DNA from: Adineta vaga
Lineage: Eukaryota > Animalia > Rotifera
Reading direction: 5' to 3'
Assembly: GCA_021613535.1 (NCBI GenBank)
Contig: CP075493.1
Coordinates: forward strand, 992,001 to 1,056,000
DNA: 64,000 nt
Each line of letters opens with the position of its first letter. Within the stretch, counting starts at the first letter, position 1. Under the pieces are notes generated by a model. It searched no databases. It was not told the DNA's origin and saw only the letters and a list, made by a program, of their open reading frames with translations. Of the stretch, positions 63,791 to 64,000 are shown one piece after another. The position numbers and the translations under genes were made by a program.

Positions 63791-64000
63791 TTATCTTTTA
63801 AGAGACAATCTATCCTCAGGAGTAAATATCAATGTGAATGAATTTCTTCAATTATCTTACCCACACCCACACCCACGCCCAGAAAATTGCTCGAAGGGAA
63901 TTAGCATGTAGACATTTTAGTTAATCAAGATCCCGTTTTATTTGTAGATACAATAAATAAACATGAATCTGAAGTTTCTGTATTTTATATAAACGATACA

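Noticed and set aside
1-64000. tRNA, rRNA or other structured ncRNA genes
   Set aside because: None recognised by eye; a covariance-model scan would be needed to exclude them.

Overview
Very AT-rich eukaryotic genomic DNA with short (about 50-70 nt) GT-AG introns and the standard genetic code. The gene content (orphan 7TM receptors, NHL/Kelch proteins, F-box-LRR, PARP-like ART, several bacterial- or fungal-type enzymes, a mariner) and (TGTGGG/TGAGGG)n motifs best fit a bdelloid rotifer (inference). Genes in order: GPCR (cut by the window edge); a head-to-head inverted duplicate pair of RING-TRAF-zinc-finger/coiled-coil E3 ligases ending in NHL and PDZ respectively; an Argonaute with a DEDH tetrad; GPCR; DGAT2/MOGAT; S9 peptidase; a nucleotide-sugar transporter fused to a STELLO/DUF288-like domain; a secreted triple-knottin-like protein; secreted NHL-Kelch protein; a non-metazoan-type glutamate decarboxylase relic; WxxW-serine protease; alpha-kinase; Ubl-PARP; GPCR pseudogene; intermediate filament; tautomerase; SDR; small Cys-rich peptides; F-box-LRR; IPMK; unknown membrane proteins. 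Mobile DNA: piggyBac relic, three related solo LTRs, a full-length mariner nested in one LTR, a DINE-1/HINE-like element and several MITEs. Top observations: (1) about 15 dispersed short fold-back elements made of inward-facing telomere-type repeats, some at truncation points of other sequences; (2) many single-hit nonsense or frameshift lesions in otherwise intact genes; (3) the transporter-glycosyltransferase fusion; (4) the domain-swapped palindromic E3 pair beside Argonaute; (5) the multi-knottin. All translations and splice models were read by eye; no searches were run.
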